This document shows, piece by piece, positions 21,806 to 31,473 of a stretch of DNA of 64,000 nt. The position numbers and the translations under genes are program-made. The notes beneath the pieces were generated by a model. The model did no database searches. It saw only the letters and a program-made list of their open reading frames with translations, and had not been told where the DNA came from. Source of the stretch: an uncultured candidatus Porisulfidus sp. (lineage in GTDB: Bacteria; Pseudomonadota; Gammaproteobacteria; Poriferisulfidales; Poriferisulfidaceae); assembly GCA_965116025.1 (NCBI GenBank), contig OZ220480.1:193335-257334 (forward strand). Direction: 5' to 3'. Position 1 is the stretch's first letter. The number at the start of each line of letters is the position of its first letter.

Positions 21806-22729
21806 ATGGACGAAAAAGAATCCGCCTTGGTCGTCGCGGTCCGGGAACTAACCGTCGAGACCCGCCGGGCCCGACGCTGGCGGACCGCGTTTGGGCTGTT
21901 ACCGGTTTTGGTTCTGTTTTTAGTGCTGCTCGCGGTTCTTGGAAACGAGACTTCCCTGCCGAGCCAGAGTCCGCACTCCGCCCGGATCGACGTGTCCGGT
22001 TTGATCGCGCCCCAAGCCCCGGCAGGCTCGGAGTTCGTGAACCAGTCGTTGCGGGCCGCGTTCGAGGAAGATCTGGCGAAAGGGGTGATTCTGTGGATCA
22101 ACAGCCCCGGAGGGTCCCCGGTACAGGCGGATCGCATAGCCGTGGAGATCCAGAAGTTGAAAGCGGAATACCCAAGCAAGAAAATCTACGCGGTGGTCGA
22201 GGATCTGTGCGCCTCCGCCGCGTACTACATTGCCGTCGCGACGGACGAGATCTATGTGAACGAGAGCAGTCTGGTCGGCTCTATCGGGGTGATCGCTAGT
22301 GGGTTCGGCTTGGTAGATCTGATACGGGAGTGGGGCATCGAGCGGCGCGTGATCACGTCCGGGCGCCACAAGGCGATGTTGGACCCGTTTCTACCAATGG
22401 ATCCGGAAGCCGAGGCGCATCTGCAGGCGATAGTGGACGAGGTCCATGGGCAGTTCCGGGATATCGTCAAGGAAGCGCGGGGGGATCGCTTGGTCGCGTC
22501 AGACGAGACGCTGTTCGATGGACGGATCTGGACGGGCGATCAGGCTTGGGAAATGGGGCTGGTGGATGGATTCTCGGATGTCGAGCGAGTCGCGCGCGAG
22601 TTGATCGGTGCCGAGGATGTGGTGGATTACACCTACGAGCCGGATCTTTTGGAGCGCTTCGCGGATCGAGTCGGGACCCGCGTTGGCCAGATCATGGAGG
22701 CCTGGTCGCGCGCGCCCGTCAGATTCTAG
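21806..22729 (+). CDS. sppA: signal peptide peptidase SppA (S49 family, 36K type)
   Basis: GVILWINSPGGSPVQADRIAVEIQKLKAEYPSKKIYAVVEDLCASAAYYIAVATDEIYVNESSLVGSIGV. Confidence 0.8.
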   Translation: MDEKESALVVAVRELTVETRRARRWRTAFGLLPVLVLFLVLLAVLGNETSLPSQSPHSARIDVSGLIAPQAPAGSEFVNQSLRAAFEEDLAKGVILWINSPGGSPVQADRIAVEIQKLKAEYPSKKIYAVVEDLCASAAYYIAVATDEIYVNESSLVGSIGVIASGFGLVDLIREWGIERRVITSGRHKAMLDPFLPMDPEAEAHLQAIVDEVHGQFRDIVKEARGDRLVASDETLFDGRIWTGDQAWEMGLVDGFSDVERVARELIGAEDVVDYTYEPDLLERFADRVGTRVGQIMEAWSRAPVRF

Positions 22730-23336
22730 TCCGAGCCGGGAATCTCGAGCCCGGCATCCTGAAGCAACTCGATCAGGCGGATCATCGGCAACCCAATCAG
22801 AGCGGTCGGGTCGTCGCCTATGATGTGATCCGTGAGGCTGGCTCCCAGTCCCTCGGATCTGAAACTCGCGGTGCAGTTGTATGGCCTCTCGCTTCGCAGG
22901 TAACGCTTGATTACGTCCTCGCTCAATTCCTTGTAACGTACCGTGTGGCGGGACTCGGAGTAGCGGCATACGCCGGCGCTGGTGTCCAGAAGGCATAGAC
23001 CGGTCAGGAAAGCCACCTCCTGCCCGCTGAGCTGGCGTAGTTGCTCCACGGCCGCGCCATGCGTTCCCGGCTTGCCCAGCAACTTCCCGCTTAGCTCCGC
23101 GCACTGGTCGCTACTGATTATCAGGGAATCCGGGTGTCGGACCCCAACCTCCGCGGCCTTCTCATGGGCGAGCCGTCGCACGTAGTCCGAAACCCTCTCG
23201 CCTAGCCGCGGGGTCTCGTCGATATCGGGCGCGTCCACCGTGAAGTCTAGGCGCAAGCGTTCAAGAAGTTCTCGACGATAAGGAGAGCTGCTACCGAGCA
23301 CGAGAGGACGCGTCGCCGCCATTTCGATCATCATGG
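22726..23336 (-). CDS. maf: Maf-family nucleoside triphosphate pyrophosphatase
   Basis: LVLGSSSPYRRELLERLRLDFTVDAPDIDE...SLIISSDQ. The likely start is the MIEMAATRPLVLGSSS Met (the ORF track extends to 23382). Confidence 0.8.
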
Positions 23337-25010
23337 CGAGAGACCGACAGGATTTTCGTTGGACAGCGGAGCTCGGTTCCATCGCGCGTCTCGCTTCCGG
23401 TCTGGATTCGCGATTACGTGCAAGTAGGAAGTGGCGCGGCTAAACCCGACGTAAGCGAATCGGTCTGGACTCTCTCCAGAAGGTCGGTCGAGCACCACGA
23501 CCACCGCGAGGGATTCCAGTCCCTTAAAACGAGCGATCGTCTCGGTCACGATGCCATCGGCATCATACTGGCAAAAAACAGTGTCGGATACATCCATATC
23601 GAGGAGGCGATTCCGGAGAGACGGCGTTTCGCAAAGCACGACAATATCCTGCCGTTCAAAGTTCTCGGACAATAGGCGGTCAACGACTCGGCGTACGATC
23701 TTTTCTGGTTTCTGGGAAGGCTGGAGGTCCGTCCAGCGGGGTTTCGGACCGGATGCCCCGGAAGCGAGCGTGGTCGCCCCAGTGGTAGCCGCGACTCGCT
23801 CGGCGATCGGTTGCGCGTTTCGGCAGTTCATGGACAAATCGATCATCACGAAACCTTCGGGCGTGTCCCAGTCCCTTTCCCACAGTTTTTGGTCCTCATC
23901 CGCCAAAATCAGGAACGGAGTGTCCGAACCCCTTTCGCAAAGCGTCTGGAGCGCCTCGAGCCAAAGGCTGGAAAAGTCTTGGCCCTCATCAACGATGATC
24001 GCGTCGAATCGCGCGCCCGCCCGCTCCGCCGCGTCAACGAGAATATAAGGCACTTCCTTCTCCCACCATTCCGCTTGAGGCGCGTCGGGAACCTCGACTC
24101 CGGCCTGGCGCGCCGTGGACATGCATAAGGCATGAAACGTGTGCGCCGCAACCCCCTCCAAGGAGGGGTCGTCCCCGAGTTTTTGACCAAGCAGTTTGTT
24201 GTAGCAGGTCAGCAGCACTCGATGACCCGACGCGTGAAGTTGCCTCGCTTTCTCGCAAGCGAGAATCGTTTTTCCTGTGCCAGCCCCACCGAACACGACG
24301 ACTCGCCGATTCCGGCGCATCATGTCAAGAACCCGAATCTGCTCCTCGGTCAAATTCACAAGGCGGACCTTGGCATCGTGCGCCTCATCAGACAGGGTTC
24401 GCCGAACCTGGACGGTAGGCGCCAAGGCGTTAGCGATATCTTGGACTTGACGGAAGGATAAATCCGCGGAAAGCCGCCAATGAAGAACTACATCGCGAAT
24501 GGCGGAAGGCGCGTCCGTCAAATGGCCCGCGTCCAACGCGATCGCTTTCGGGGCATCTGGACCCAACAACGGCAATTCCCGCAAGTCAGGGAACCAAACG
24601 GCATGGCACGTCGGAACGCGACGCTCGAATCGCTCCGCTATGAACCGACCCAGAGCGGCCTTGGACGCTACCGCCTGCTCAAACGGGTTTTTGATGTCGT
24701 GGACTTCCTCGTTTCGGTCCCGGGACTTCCAACGTCCGGCTTCGACGTGGACTCCTCCGCCCTTCACCTCAAGCACGACGATCCCATGCGACCGATGAAT
24801 CAGGACAAAATCCGCTTCTCCGTCGCCGGTCCGTCGCCCGCGCGGGCCCTGCCAAGCGACGGAGTGAAGCACCGTCCAATCATCGGATAGCGTAGACAGC
24901 GCGTCGTAGACCTTCCGTTCCGAATCGGCATCGACTCCGACTGTGGGGCAGGCGAATGTGATGGCCATGACCGTGGCGTTTCCGTTCGACTCCGGCTCAC
25001 CCGAAGTCAA
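23331..25010 (-). CDS. NERD-domain protein fused to a UvrD/DUF2075-like P-loop helicase
   Basis: N-terminal NERD-like region (SERKVYDALSTLSDDWTVLHSV...GEADFVLIHRSHGIVVLEVKGG) and a Walker A motif VVVFGGAGTGKTILACEKARQL. The likely start is MAITFACP at ~24965. Confidence 0.6.
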   Translation of the reverse strand: MTSGEPESNGNATVMAITFACPTVGVDADSERKVYDALSTLSDDWTVLHSVAWQGPRGRRTGDGEADFVLIHRSHGIVVLEVKGGGVHVEAGRWKSRDRNEEVHDIKNPFEQAVASKAALGRFIAERFERRVPTCHAVWFPDLRELPLLGPDAPKAIALDAGHLTDAPSAIRDVVLHWRLSADLSFRQVQDIANALAPTVQVRRTLSDEAHDAKVRLVNLTEEQIRVLDMMRRNRRVVVFGGAGTGKTILACEKARQLHASGHRVLLTCYNKLLGQKLGDDPSLEGVAAHTFHALCMSTARQAGVEVPDAPQAEWWEKEVPYILVDAAERAGARFDAIIVDEGQDFSSLWLEALQTLCERGSDTPFLILADEDQKLWERDWDTPEGFVMIDLSMNCRNAQPIAERVAATTGATTLASGASGPKPRWTDLQPSQKPEKIVRRVVDRLLSENFERQDIVVLCETPSLRNRLLDMDVSDTVFCQYDADGIVTETIARFKGLESLAVVVVLDRPSGESPDRFAYVGFSRATSYLHVIANPDRKRDARWNRAPLSNENPVGLSP

Positions 25011-25438
25011 TCATGAATTCGATCAAGAGCGCGCGCCAAGGGCCGCGGTCAGATTCCGGAAAACTTGAGGAATCAATAGTTCGCCAAGAGGTCTTGAACG
25101 TCGACTTGAAGTCAAGCAAGCCCGGCGTGCCCGGAAAAAGAAAGATATCGCGTCTTGAGCCATGCTCGAGATGGAAATCCCTCCTTCTTGCGGCATTTCA
25201 CTCGGGGTGGTTTCTTTCGGGATAGGAAAAGGCAAAGTGCCAACATGTTACTCAATAGATCGCTGGCGTTTCTCCGGCTCTACGGCGTTGGCCGCGAAAG
25301 GACCAGATCATGTGAAAGAGGGATCAAAGCTGGGTGGGAAATACAAACGAACGCATAGCCGAGTCTCTAACTCGTGATGCGTGGTCGATTATAAATCACG
25401 CGCGATCATCATGAGCGCGGACGCGCTCGATATCCAAA

Positions 25439-27268
25439 TTGGCCCGAGCACGGGATTCCGTAGCAATCTCATTTCTAATCCCATTGACGCTGCTGGCGGC
25501 GTCGCTGTCGGCGCTGTCGCTGTCGGCGCGGGCGGAGACGATCAACCTGTACGGGTGGCAGAACCACTCGTGGGAGTTCGTGGACATCGACGGCGGGCGC
25601 AGCTTCGACCGCATTCAGTCGAACGCCGGGAACATCGGCTTCTCGGCCAGCGTGGACACCGGCATGAGCGACATAAAGGTGAACCTGCAGTGCGAGCAGT
25701 TCACCTACTACAACCACTTCGCCGGCGGCACCGGCTGGTGCAACCGCAACTCCAAGATCGGGCTGGCGCATCCGATGGCCGGCGAGATCATGTTCGCCAC
25801 CTGGCTGCTGCCGTACAACGAGGGCGTGGCCCAATGGGTGGACCCGTTCTACGACGCCGGGGCCGACTCGCACACCAGCATCATGGGCTCGGTCGGGGCC
25901 AACACCATCTTCTACAACACCGGCGACTTCGACCAGCAGGCGTCGGCGTCCAATCCTGGCACTGGCTTCTCCGGCAACGAGTTCAACTACGCCGGGGGCG
26001 GCTACGACACCGGCTTCAACCGGCGCCAGGAGAACATCATCCAGTACTGGTCGCCGAACTGGAACGGCTTCGTGTTCCGCTTCGCCTGGACGGCCGGCAA
26101 TCGCGACGAGACCCACGCGCTCAAGGACGCCAAAGGTAATTACGCGGCCGGCCCCAAGATCGACCCGGTGATCCGCTCGAGCAGCCTGGCGTACACGAAC
26201 GGCCCGCTGTGGCTGGCGGCGACCTGGCAGGACCACGAGGACTGGACGGCGGTCTCGGTCGGGGAGATGGAGAGCTCGGACGCGGAGAGCTTCCGTCTGG
26301 CCGGGCGCTACATCATGGACCTGGGCGACGGCATGAGCGTTCAATTGTCCGCCATGTGGGAGACCTTGGAGTACGAGTTCCACGGCGTGACCACCATCGA
26401 TAAGGCCATGAAGGCGTTCGGGTATGGGAATTTCATGGATTCTTACGAGTTGAGCGTCACGGATGCGGAGATAATGAAGAAGAAGACCCAAGGGCTGGCG
26501 CTCGATATCTTGACGGATGAGAAGGGCATGCTGATTCCTATGGGGGACACGGCGCGGGGTTTATATGGGGAGCAGGTTAAAACCACTATGAGCCTGTACA
26601 CCGCATACATGGGTGAGATAGACACCGTAACCTCCACCAGCTTGAACTTGGTCGCTGAACGCAGAACTGTGGTCGACTGGAACGACTATTACAAAGAGGC
26701 GCCTGATAATCCTGTTAAAGTCAGCACTACCGCCATGCGAACCGGGTCCCAAAATGTCATGCTTTTCACGACCATGCTGAGCACGACTACGCTGAACGCG
26801 GCCAAAACGGCCGCGGAGGAGGCCAAAAAGAAGGATATGGATGATCGAACGGGCGAGGACAAATCGAAAATCAAGTTCTATGACGACCTGGTCTCGATGG
26901 CGAAATCCCGAGCCCGCGACGAGAAGAGCATGGGCGGGAACGTGAAGATCGAGCGAGACGCCTGGATGGTGTCGGGCAAGATCAAGTTCGGCGGCCCGCT
27001 GGACTTCCGCTTCTCCTACATGGACGCCGACGACCTGGAACTGTCGTGCAACTACTGCATGGGAGACTGGGACGAGACGGCGGCGGACGCCTGGAACGTC
27101 GGGGTGTTCTACACGATGCCGGCGGGGACCGAGCTGCGGCTGACGTATTCGGAAGTCAACAACGACGACAACGGGACCTACGGGCAGGGCATCTCGGGGA
27201 CTGGCTTGGGAGTGGCTGGCGCGGAGATCGAGATGTTCGCGCTGGGGATCGTGCACTGGTTCGACTGA
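25439..27268 (+). CDS. porin-like family copy 3 (N-form B, cassette type X)
   Basis: Near-identical framework to the other copies. There is no ATG, so the ORF track uses TTG at 25439 (MARARDSVAISFLIPLTLLAASLSALSLSARA then ETINLY). Its cassette is almost identical to copy 1. Confidence 0.7.
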   Translation: MARARDSVAISFLIPLTLLAASLSALSLSARAETINLYGWQNHSWEFVDIDGGRSFDRIQSNAGNIGFSASVDTGMSDIKVNLQCEQFTYYNHFAGGTGWCNRNSKIGLAHPMAGEIMFATWLLPYNEGVAQWVDPFYDAGADSHTSIMGSVGANTIFYNTGDFDQQASASNPGTGFSGNEFNYAGGGYDTGFNRRQENIIQYWSPNWNGFVFRFAWTAGNRDETHALKDAKGNYAAGPKIDPVIRSSSLAYTNGPLWLAATWQDHEDWTAVSVGEMESSDAESFRLAGRYIMDLGDGMSVQLSAMWETLEYEFHGVTTIDKAMKAFGYGNFMDSYELSVTDAEIMKKKTQGLALDILTDEKGMLIPMGDTARGLYGEQVKTTMSLYTAYMGEIDTVTSTSLNLVAERRTVVDWNDYYKEAPDNPVKVSTTAMRTGSQNVMLFTTMLSTTTLNAAKTAAEEAKKKDMDDRTGEDKSKIKFYDDLVSMAKSRARDEKSMGGNVKIERDAWMVSGKIKFGGPLDFRFSYMDADDLELSCNYCMGDWDETAADAWNVGVFYTMPAGTELRLTYSEVNNDDNGTYGQGISGTGLGVAGAEIEMFALGIVHWFD

Positions 27269-27287
27269 CCCTTCGTCATCCACGAAG

Positions 27288-27318
27288 CGAGCGGGCGCCC
27301 TCGGGCGCCCGCTTTCTT
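27288..27318 (+). terminator. rho-independent terminator of copy 3
   Basis: GCGGGCGCCC-tcg-GGCGCCCGC followed by TTTCTT. Confidence 0.7.
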
Positions 27319-27843
27319 GTGGGCTCAGGAATTCCTGACAGGTCCGCCACCAGGCGGGACCAAGACGATGGCCAGCCTCGAGACCGAGACGGACCCGCTT
27401 CGGACTACCCCCCGAATGCTTGGAGTGGCTCCACGGAAGCCGTGAGGGAAACTCCGGTTTCAGGCTTTCATCAAAGACTGTGCACCCGATATTCTTGAGA
27501 AAGGAGTTCCGGGGACCGATGGACTTGTGAAAGCCTTGGTTCACCCACCGCGCGAGCGAGACGCGTCGCGCGAAGTCCACTCGATCAAGGGCGATGGCCC
27601 TCTCGCTCTTTTCCTCCCCGAGGCGCGCGCTGACCCGAACCCTCCGGTTTCCCGCCGCCTCGCCTGGATTCCAGCTATACCGAGAATTCTCGGTCCTCCA
27701 TCACTTTGTCGTGGATTGGGTCATCCCGATCTCGCCCGCCGCGAGCGAATGGCCTTCCGAGCGTGTGGCGGGCGCGGCGAAGCCAGGTCTCGCGCCGCCG
27801 GCGCTGGCCCGACTCCCGATCTGGCCGCGAAACGCCGGATCCA

Positions 27844-27876
27844 AAGAAAGCGGGCGCCCGAAGGCGCCCGCTCGCT
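27844..27876 (-). terminator. rho-independent terminator of copy 4
   Basis: Mirror GC hairpin plus T-tract on the minus strand. Confidence 0.7.
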
Positions 27877-27894
27877 GTCGTGAATGACGAAGGG

Positions 27895-29830
27895 TCAGTC
27901 GAACCAGTGCACGATCCCCAGCGCGAACATCTCGATCTCCGCCCCCGGCGTCCCCAGGCCAGTCCCCGAGATGCCCTGCCCGTAGGTCCCGTTGTCGTCG
28001 TTGTTGACTTCCGAATACGTCAGCCGCAGCTCGGTCCCCGCCGGCATCGTGTAGAACACCCCGACGTTCCAGGCGTCCGCCGCCGTCTCGTCCCAGTCTC
28101 CCATGCAGTAGTTGCATGACAGCTCCAGGTCGTCGGCGTCCATGTAGGAGAAGCGGAAGTCCAGCGGGCCGCCGAACTTGATCTTGCCCGACACCATCCA
28201 GGCGTCCCGCTCGATCTTCACGCTCGACCCCATGGTCTGCTCCAGCTTGGCGGCAGCATATTTTTCCTTGCCCTCCTCGTATGCCGTCATGGCATCGTCG
28301 TAGGCTTTCTTAGCCTCGTTGTACTTCTCGTCATATGGCCTCATGGCCTCCTCCTTGACCTTCGCCACGTATTCCTTGTACCAGTCAGCGCCTGTTTTGT
28401 CGCCCGAATATTTCGTGGTCGATGTCTTTAAAGTATTCAGTGTCGTGGAGCTCAGTTTGGTGGTAACGAGCGTTCGCAGCGCCTGATCCGTTCCTATAGT
28501 GTTAAGTCTATAGTATTGAACCAGCTTTCTCCGATGTACGAGGCCAGAACCCCATTGCGCTAGCTCTGTGTGGAAGCTGCCTTGGAGAGTACTTAATTCC
28601 TTGGGCACCGCGATATTACTGAGGCTTGATGTCGCGCTCTTGCTATCCACTGGAATGGTCCGCCAGTACCCGCTCTCGTCAAGCAACATCTCCATCGCAA
28701 GCCCTTGGGTCATCTGCGCGTCGATCTCGGCTTGGGTGGCCATCCCTCGTTCAGGCTTCGTCGTGGTCGGCTTCGTCGGCATGTCCATGTCGGCGGGGGC
28801 CATGACCTTCATGTCGTAGTAGGTCTTCTCGAAATGGTTGATGTTGGGATCGGTGCCGCCGTACCCGAACGCCTTCATGGCCTTGTTAATGTCGGTCACG
28901 CCGTGGAACTCGTACTCCAAAGTCTCCCACATGGCCGACAATTGAACGCTCATGCCGTCGCCCAGGTCCATGATGTAGCGCCCGGCCAGACGGAAGCTCT
29001 CCGCGTCCGAGCTCTCCATCTCCCCGACCGAGACCGCCGTCCAGTCCTCGTGGTCCTGCCAGGTCGCCGCCAGCCACAGCGGGCCGTTCGTGTACGCCAG
29101 GCTGCTCGAGCGGATCACCGGGTCGATCTTGGGGCCGGCCGCGTACTTGCCCTCGGCGTTCTTGAGCGCGTGGGTCTCGTCGCGATTGCCGGCCGTCCAG
29201 GCGAAGCGGAACACGAAGCCGTTCCAGTTCGGCGACCAGTACTGGATGATGTTCTCCTGGCGCCGGTTGAAGCCGGTGTCGTAGCCGCCCCCGGCGTAGT
29301 TGAACTCGTTGCCGGAGAAGCCAGTGCCAGGATTGGACGCCGACGCCTGCTGGTCGAAGTCGCCGGTGTTGTAGAAGATGGTGTTGGCCCCGACCGAGCC
29401 CATGATGCTGGTGTGCGAGTCGGCCCCGGCGTCGTAGAACGGGTCCACCCACTGGGCCACGCCCTCGTTGTACGGCAGCAGCCAGGTGGCGAACATGATC
29501 TCGCCGGCCATCGGGTGCGCCAGCCCGATCTTGGAGTTGCGGTTGCACCAGCCGGTGCCGCCGGCGAAGTGGTTGTAGTAGGTGAACTGCTCGCACTGCA
29601 GGTTCACCTTTATGTCGCTCATGCCGGTGTCCACGCTGGCCGAGAAGCCGATGTTCCCGGCGTTCGACTGGATGCGGTCGAAGCTGCGCCCGCCGTCGAT
29701 GTCCACGAACTCCCACGAGTGGTTCTGCCACCCGTACAGGTTGATCGTCTCCGCCCGCGCCGACAGCGACAGCGCCGACAGCGACGCCGCCAGCAGCGTC
29801 AATGGGATTAGAAATGGTATCTCCTCGAAA
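27895..29830 (-). CDS. porin-like family copy 4 (N-form B, cassette type Y')
   Basis: Full-length framework with an intact cassette homologous to the two halves of copy 2. There is no in-frame ATG near the signal peptide (...EEIPFLIPLTLLAAS). The ORF-track extension to 29973 reads into the IS4 junction. Confidence 0.7.
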
Positions 29831-29975
29831 TCCCAATCCCACCGAGAACCATGATGACCATGCGCCCCAAGACTCCGCCCAAGAGACCGTGGAAACCGAA
29901 ATCCACCGATCCCCGGAGCATGGGAAACTGAGACGAAACCATGGCTGATTCTGAAACTTCGGGATGACTCCAACT

Positions 29976-31311
29976 CACTAGTGTCCCAACGTTTCAGTTC
30001 GATTGGTCTGCAATAGATTGTTTATAATGAGTTTTTTCGCGATTTCCAGCGTTGTCGATTTCAATCTTTGGCCGGAGCCCGTGGCGGACCCTGCCCGGCG
30101 CGAGCTGTCGCGAGGGGGGTCAAGCCAATGCATTCCGGAAAACTCGTGTTCGCTCAAGTGATGGATCATCTTCCCTGGCCCAGTTTCCAGCGGCGCGTCG
30201 AGCGCCACGGCGGACATCACAAGGTCAAGTCCTTCAGTTGCGGCGATCAGTATCGCTGCATGGCTTTCGCGCAACTGACCTATCGGTCCTCCCTGCGCGA
30301 CGTCGAGGCCTGCCTGCGCGCGCAGTCGAGCAAGCTGTACCACATGGGCATCCGCGGGGGCGTGGCGAGGAACACGCTGGCGAACGCCAACGCGACCCGG
30401 GACTGGAGGATCCATGCCGATTTCGCGCGCGACCTGATTGACGAGGCGCGGCGTCTTCTTGGCGAGGAGAGCCACGGACTGGATCTGGACCGCACCGTCT
30501 ACGCGTTGGACTCGTCCACCATCGACCTGTGCCTGTCGCTGTTTCCGTGGGCGCCGTTTCGCGCGACCAAGGCGGCCGTCAAGATGCATACGCTGCTCGA
30601 CCTGCGCGGAAACATCCCGACTTTTCTGCATGTTACGGACGGAAAGGTTCACGACGTGAACATTCTGGACCTGCTGGTTCCAGAGCCCGGGGCCTTCTAC
30701 GTCATGGATCGGGCCTACCTCGATTTCTCCCGCTTGCACGCGCTGCGCCTGCATGGGGCCCACTTCGTGTTGCGCTCCAAGTCCAACATCAAACTCCGGC
30801 GCTTGTCTTCCCGCGCGGCCGACCGCGACGCGGGCGTTCTTCGCGACCAGGTGGTCCGGGCCAGCGGCGCCACCACCGCGAGCGCCTATCCCGACCGGCT
30901 TCGGCGCGTCAAGCATCGAGACCGAGAGCGGGAGAAGACCCTCGTGTTCCTGACCAACGACTTCACGCTTCCGGCGCGGACGATCGCCGAGCTGTATCGG
31001 GCGCGCTGGCGCGTGGAGCTGTTCTTCAAATGGATCAAGCGGCATCTGAGGATCCAGTCGTTCTTCGGCACGACGGAGAACGCCGTGAAGACCCAGATCT
31101 GGATCGCGATCTCGGTTTACGTGCTGGTGGCGATCCTTCGGAAGCGGTTGCGGCTGGAGACGGAGCTGCGCGCTATTCTCCAGATTTTGAGCCTCACTCT
31201 TTTTGAGAAAGTTCCTTTATATCAATTACTTGCGAAGAATGAACCCCAAATCGAACTGCCGGGGGGCCCTAAACAGTTGAATTTGCTACCATTAACGTTG
31301 GGACACTAGTG
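29976..31311 (+). mobile_element. IS4-family insertion sequence (1336 bp), perfect 18-bp terminal inverted repeats, 9-bp target-site duplication
   Basis: Left end CACTAGTGTCCCAACGTT (29976-29993). Right end AACGTTGGGACACTAGTG (31294-31311). Direct repeat ACTCCAACT at 29967-29975 and 31312-31320. Confidence 0.85.
30068..31309 (+). CDS. IS4-family DDE transposase
   Basis: 413 aa, with an IS4-like N-terminal domain (MHSGKLVFAQVMDHLPWPSFQRRVERHGG...KVKSFSCGDQY) and a DDE core. Confidence 0.85.
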   Translation: MAGARGGPCPARAVARGVKPMHSGKLVFAQVMDHLPWPSFQRRVERHGGHHKVKSFSCGDQYRCMAFAQLTYRSSLRDVEACLRAQSSKLYHMGIRGGVARNTLANANATRDWRIHADFARDLIDEARRLLGEESHGLDLDRTVYALDSSTIDLCLSLFPWAPFRATKAAVKMHTLLDLRGNIPTFLHVTDGKVHDVNILDLLVPEPGAFYVMDRAYLDFSRLHALRLHGAHFVLRSKSNIKLRRLSSRAADRDAGVLRDQVVRASGATTASAYPDRLRRVKHRDREREKTLVFLTNDFTLPARTIAELYRARWRVELFFKWIKRHLRIQSFFGTTENAVKTQIWIAISVYVLVAILRKRLRLETELRAILQILSLTLFEKVPLYQLLAKNEPQIELPGGPKQLNLLPLTLGH

Positions 31312-31473
31312 ACTCCAACTATGCCGACAGATTGCCGAACCAACCCATTCCGAGGCAGGAAACGACGACGATGGCCACCCTAATAGGCGAGCGTCTTGAG
31401 CGTTGGCTTATGCGGTGTGAGAGTCGATGTCTACCATCGGGCGATACTGAGTGATGGAATTGATAATTCGCGC

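Larger units (their letters stand above)
27269..27894. repeat. conserved inter-paralog spacer element, copy 2 of 4
   Basis: Terminators at both ends. Shares the CAGGAATTCCTG palindrome and the GGTCCGCCACCAGGCGGGACC module with spacer 4, and the hairpin region with all four spacers. Confidence 0.8.
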
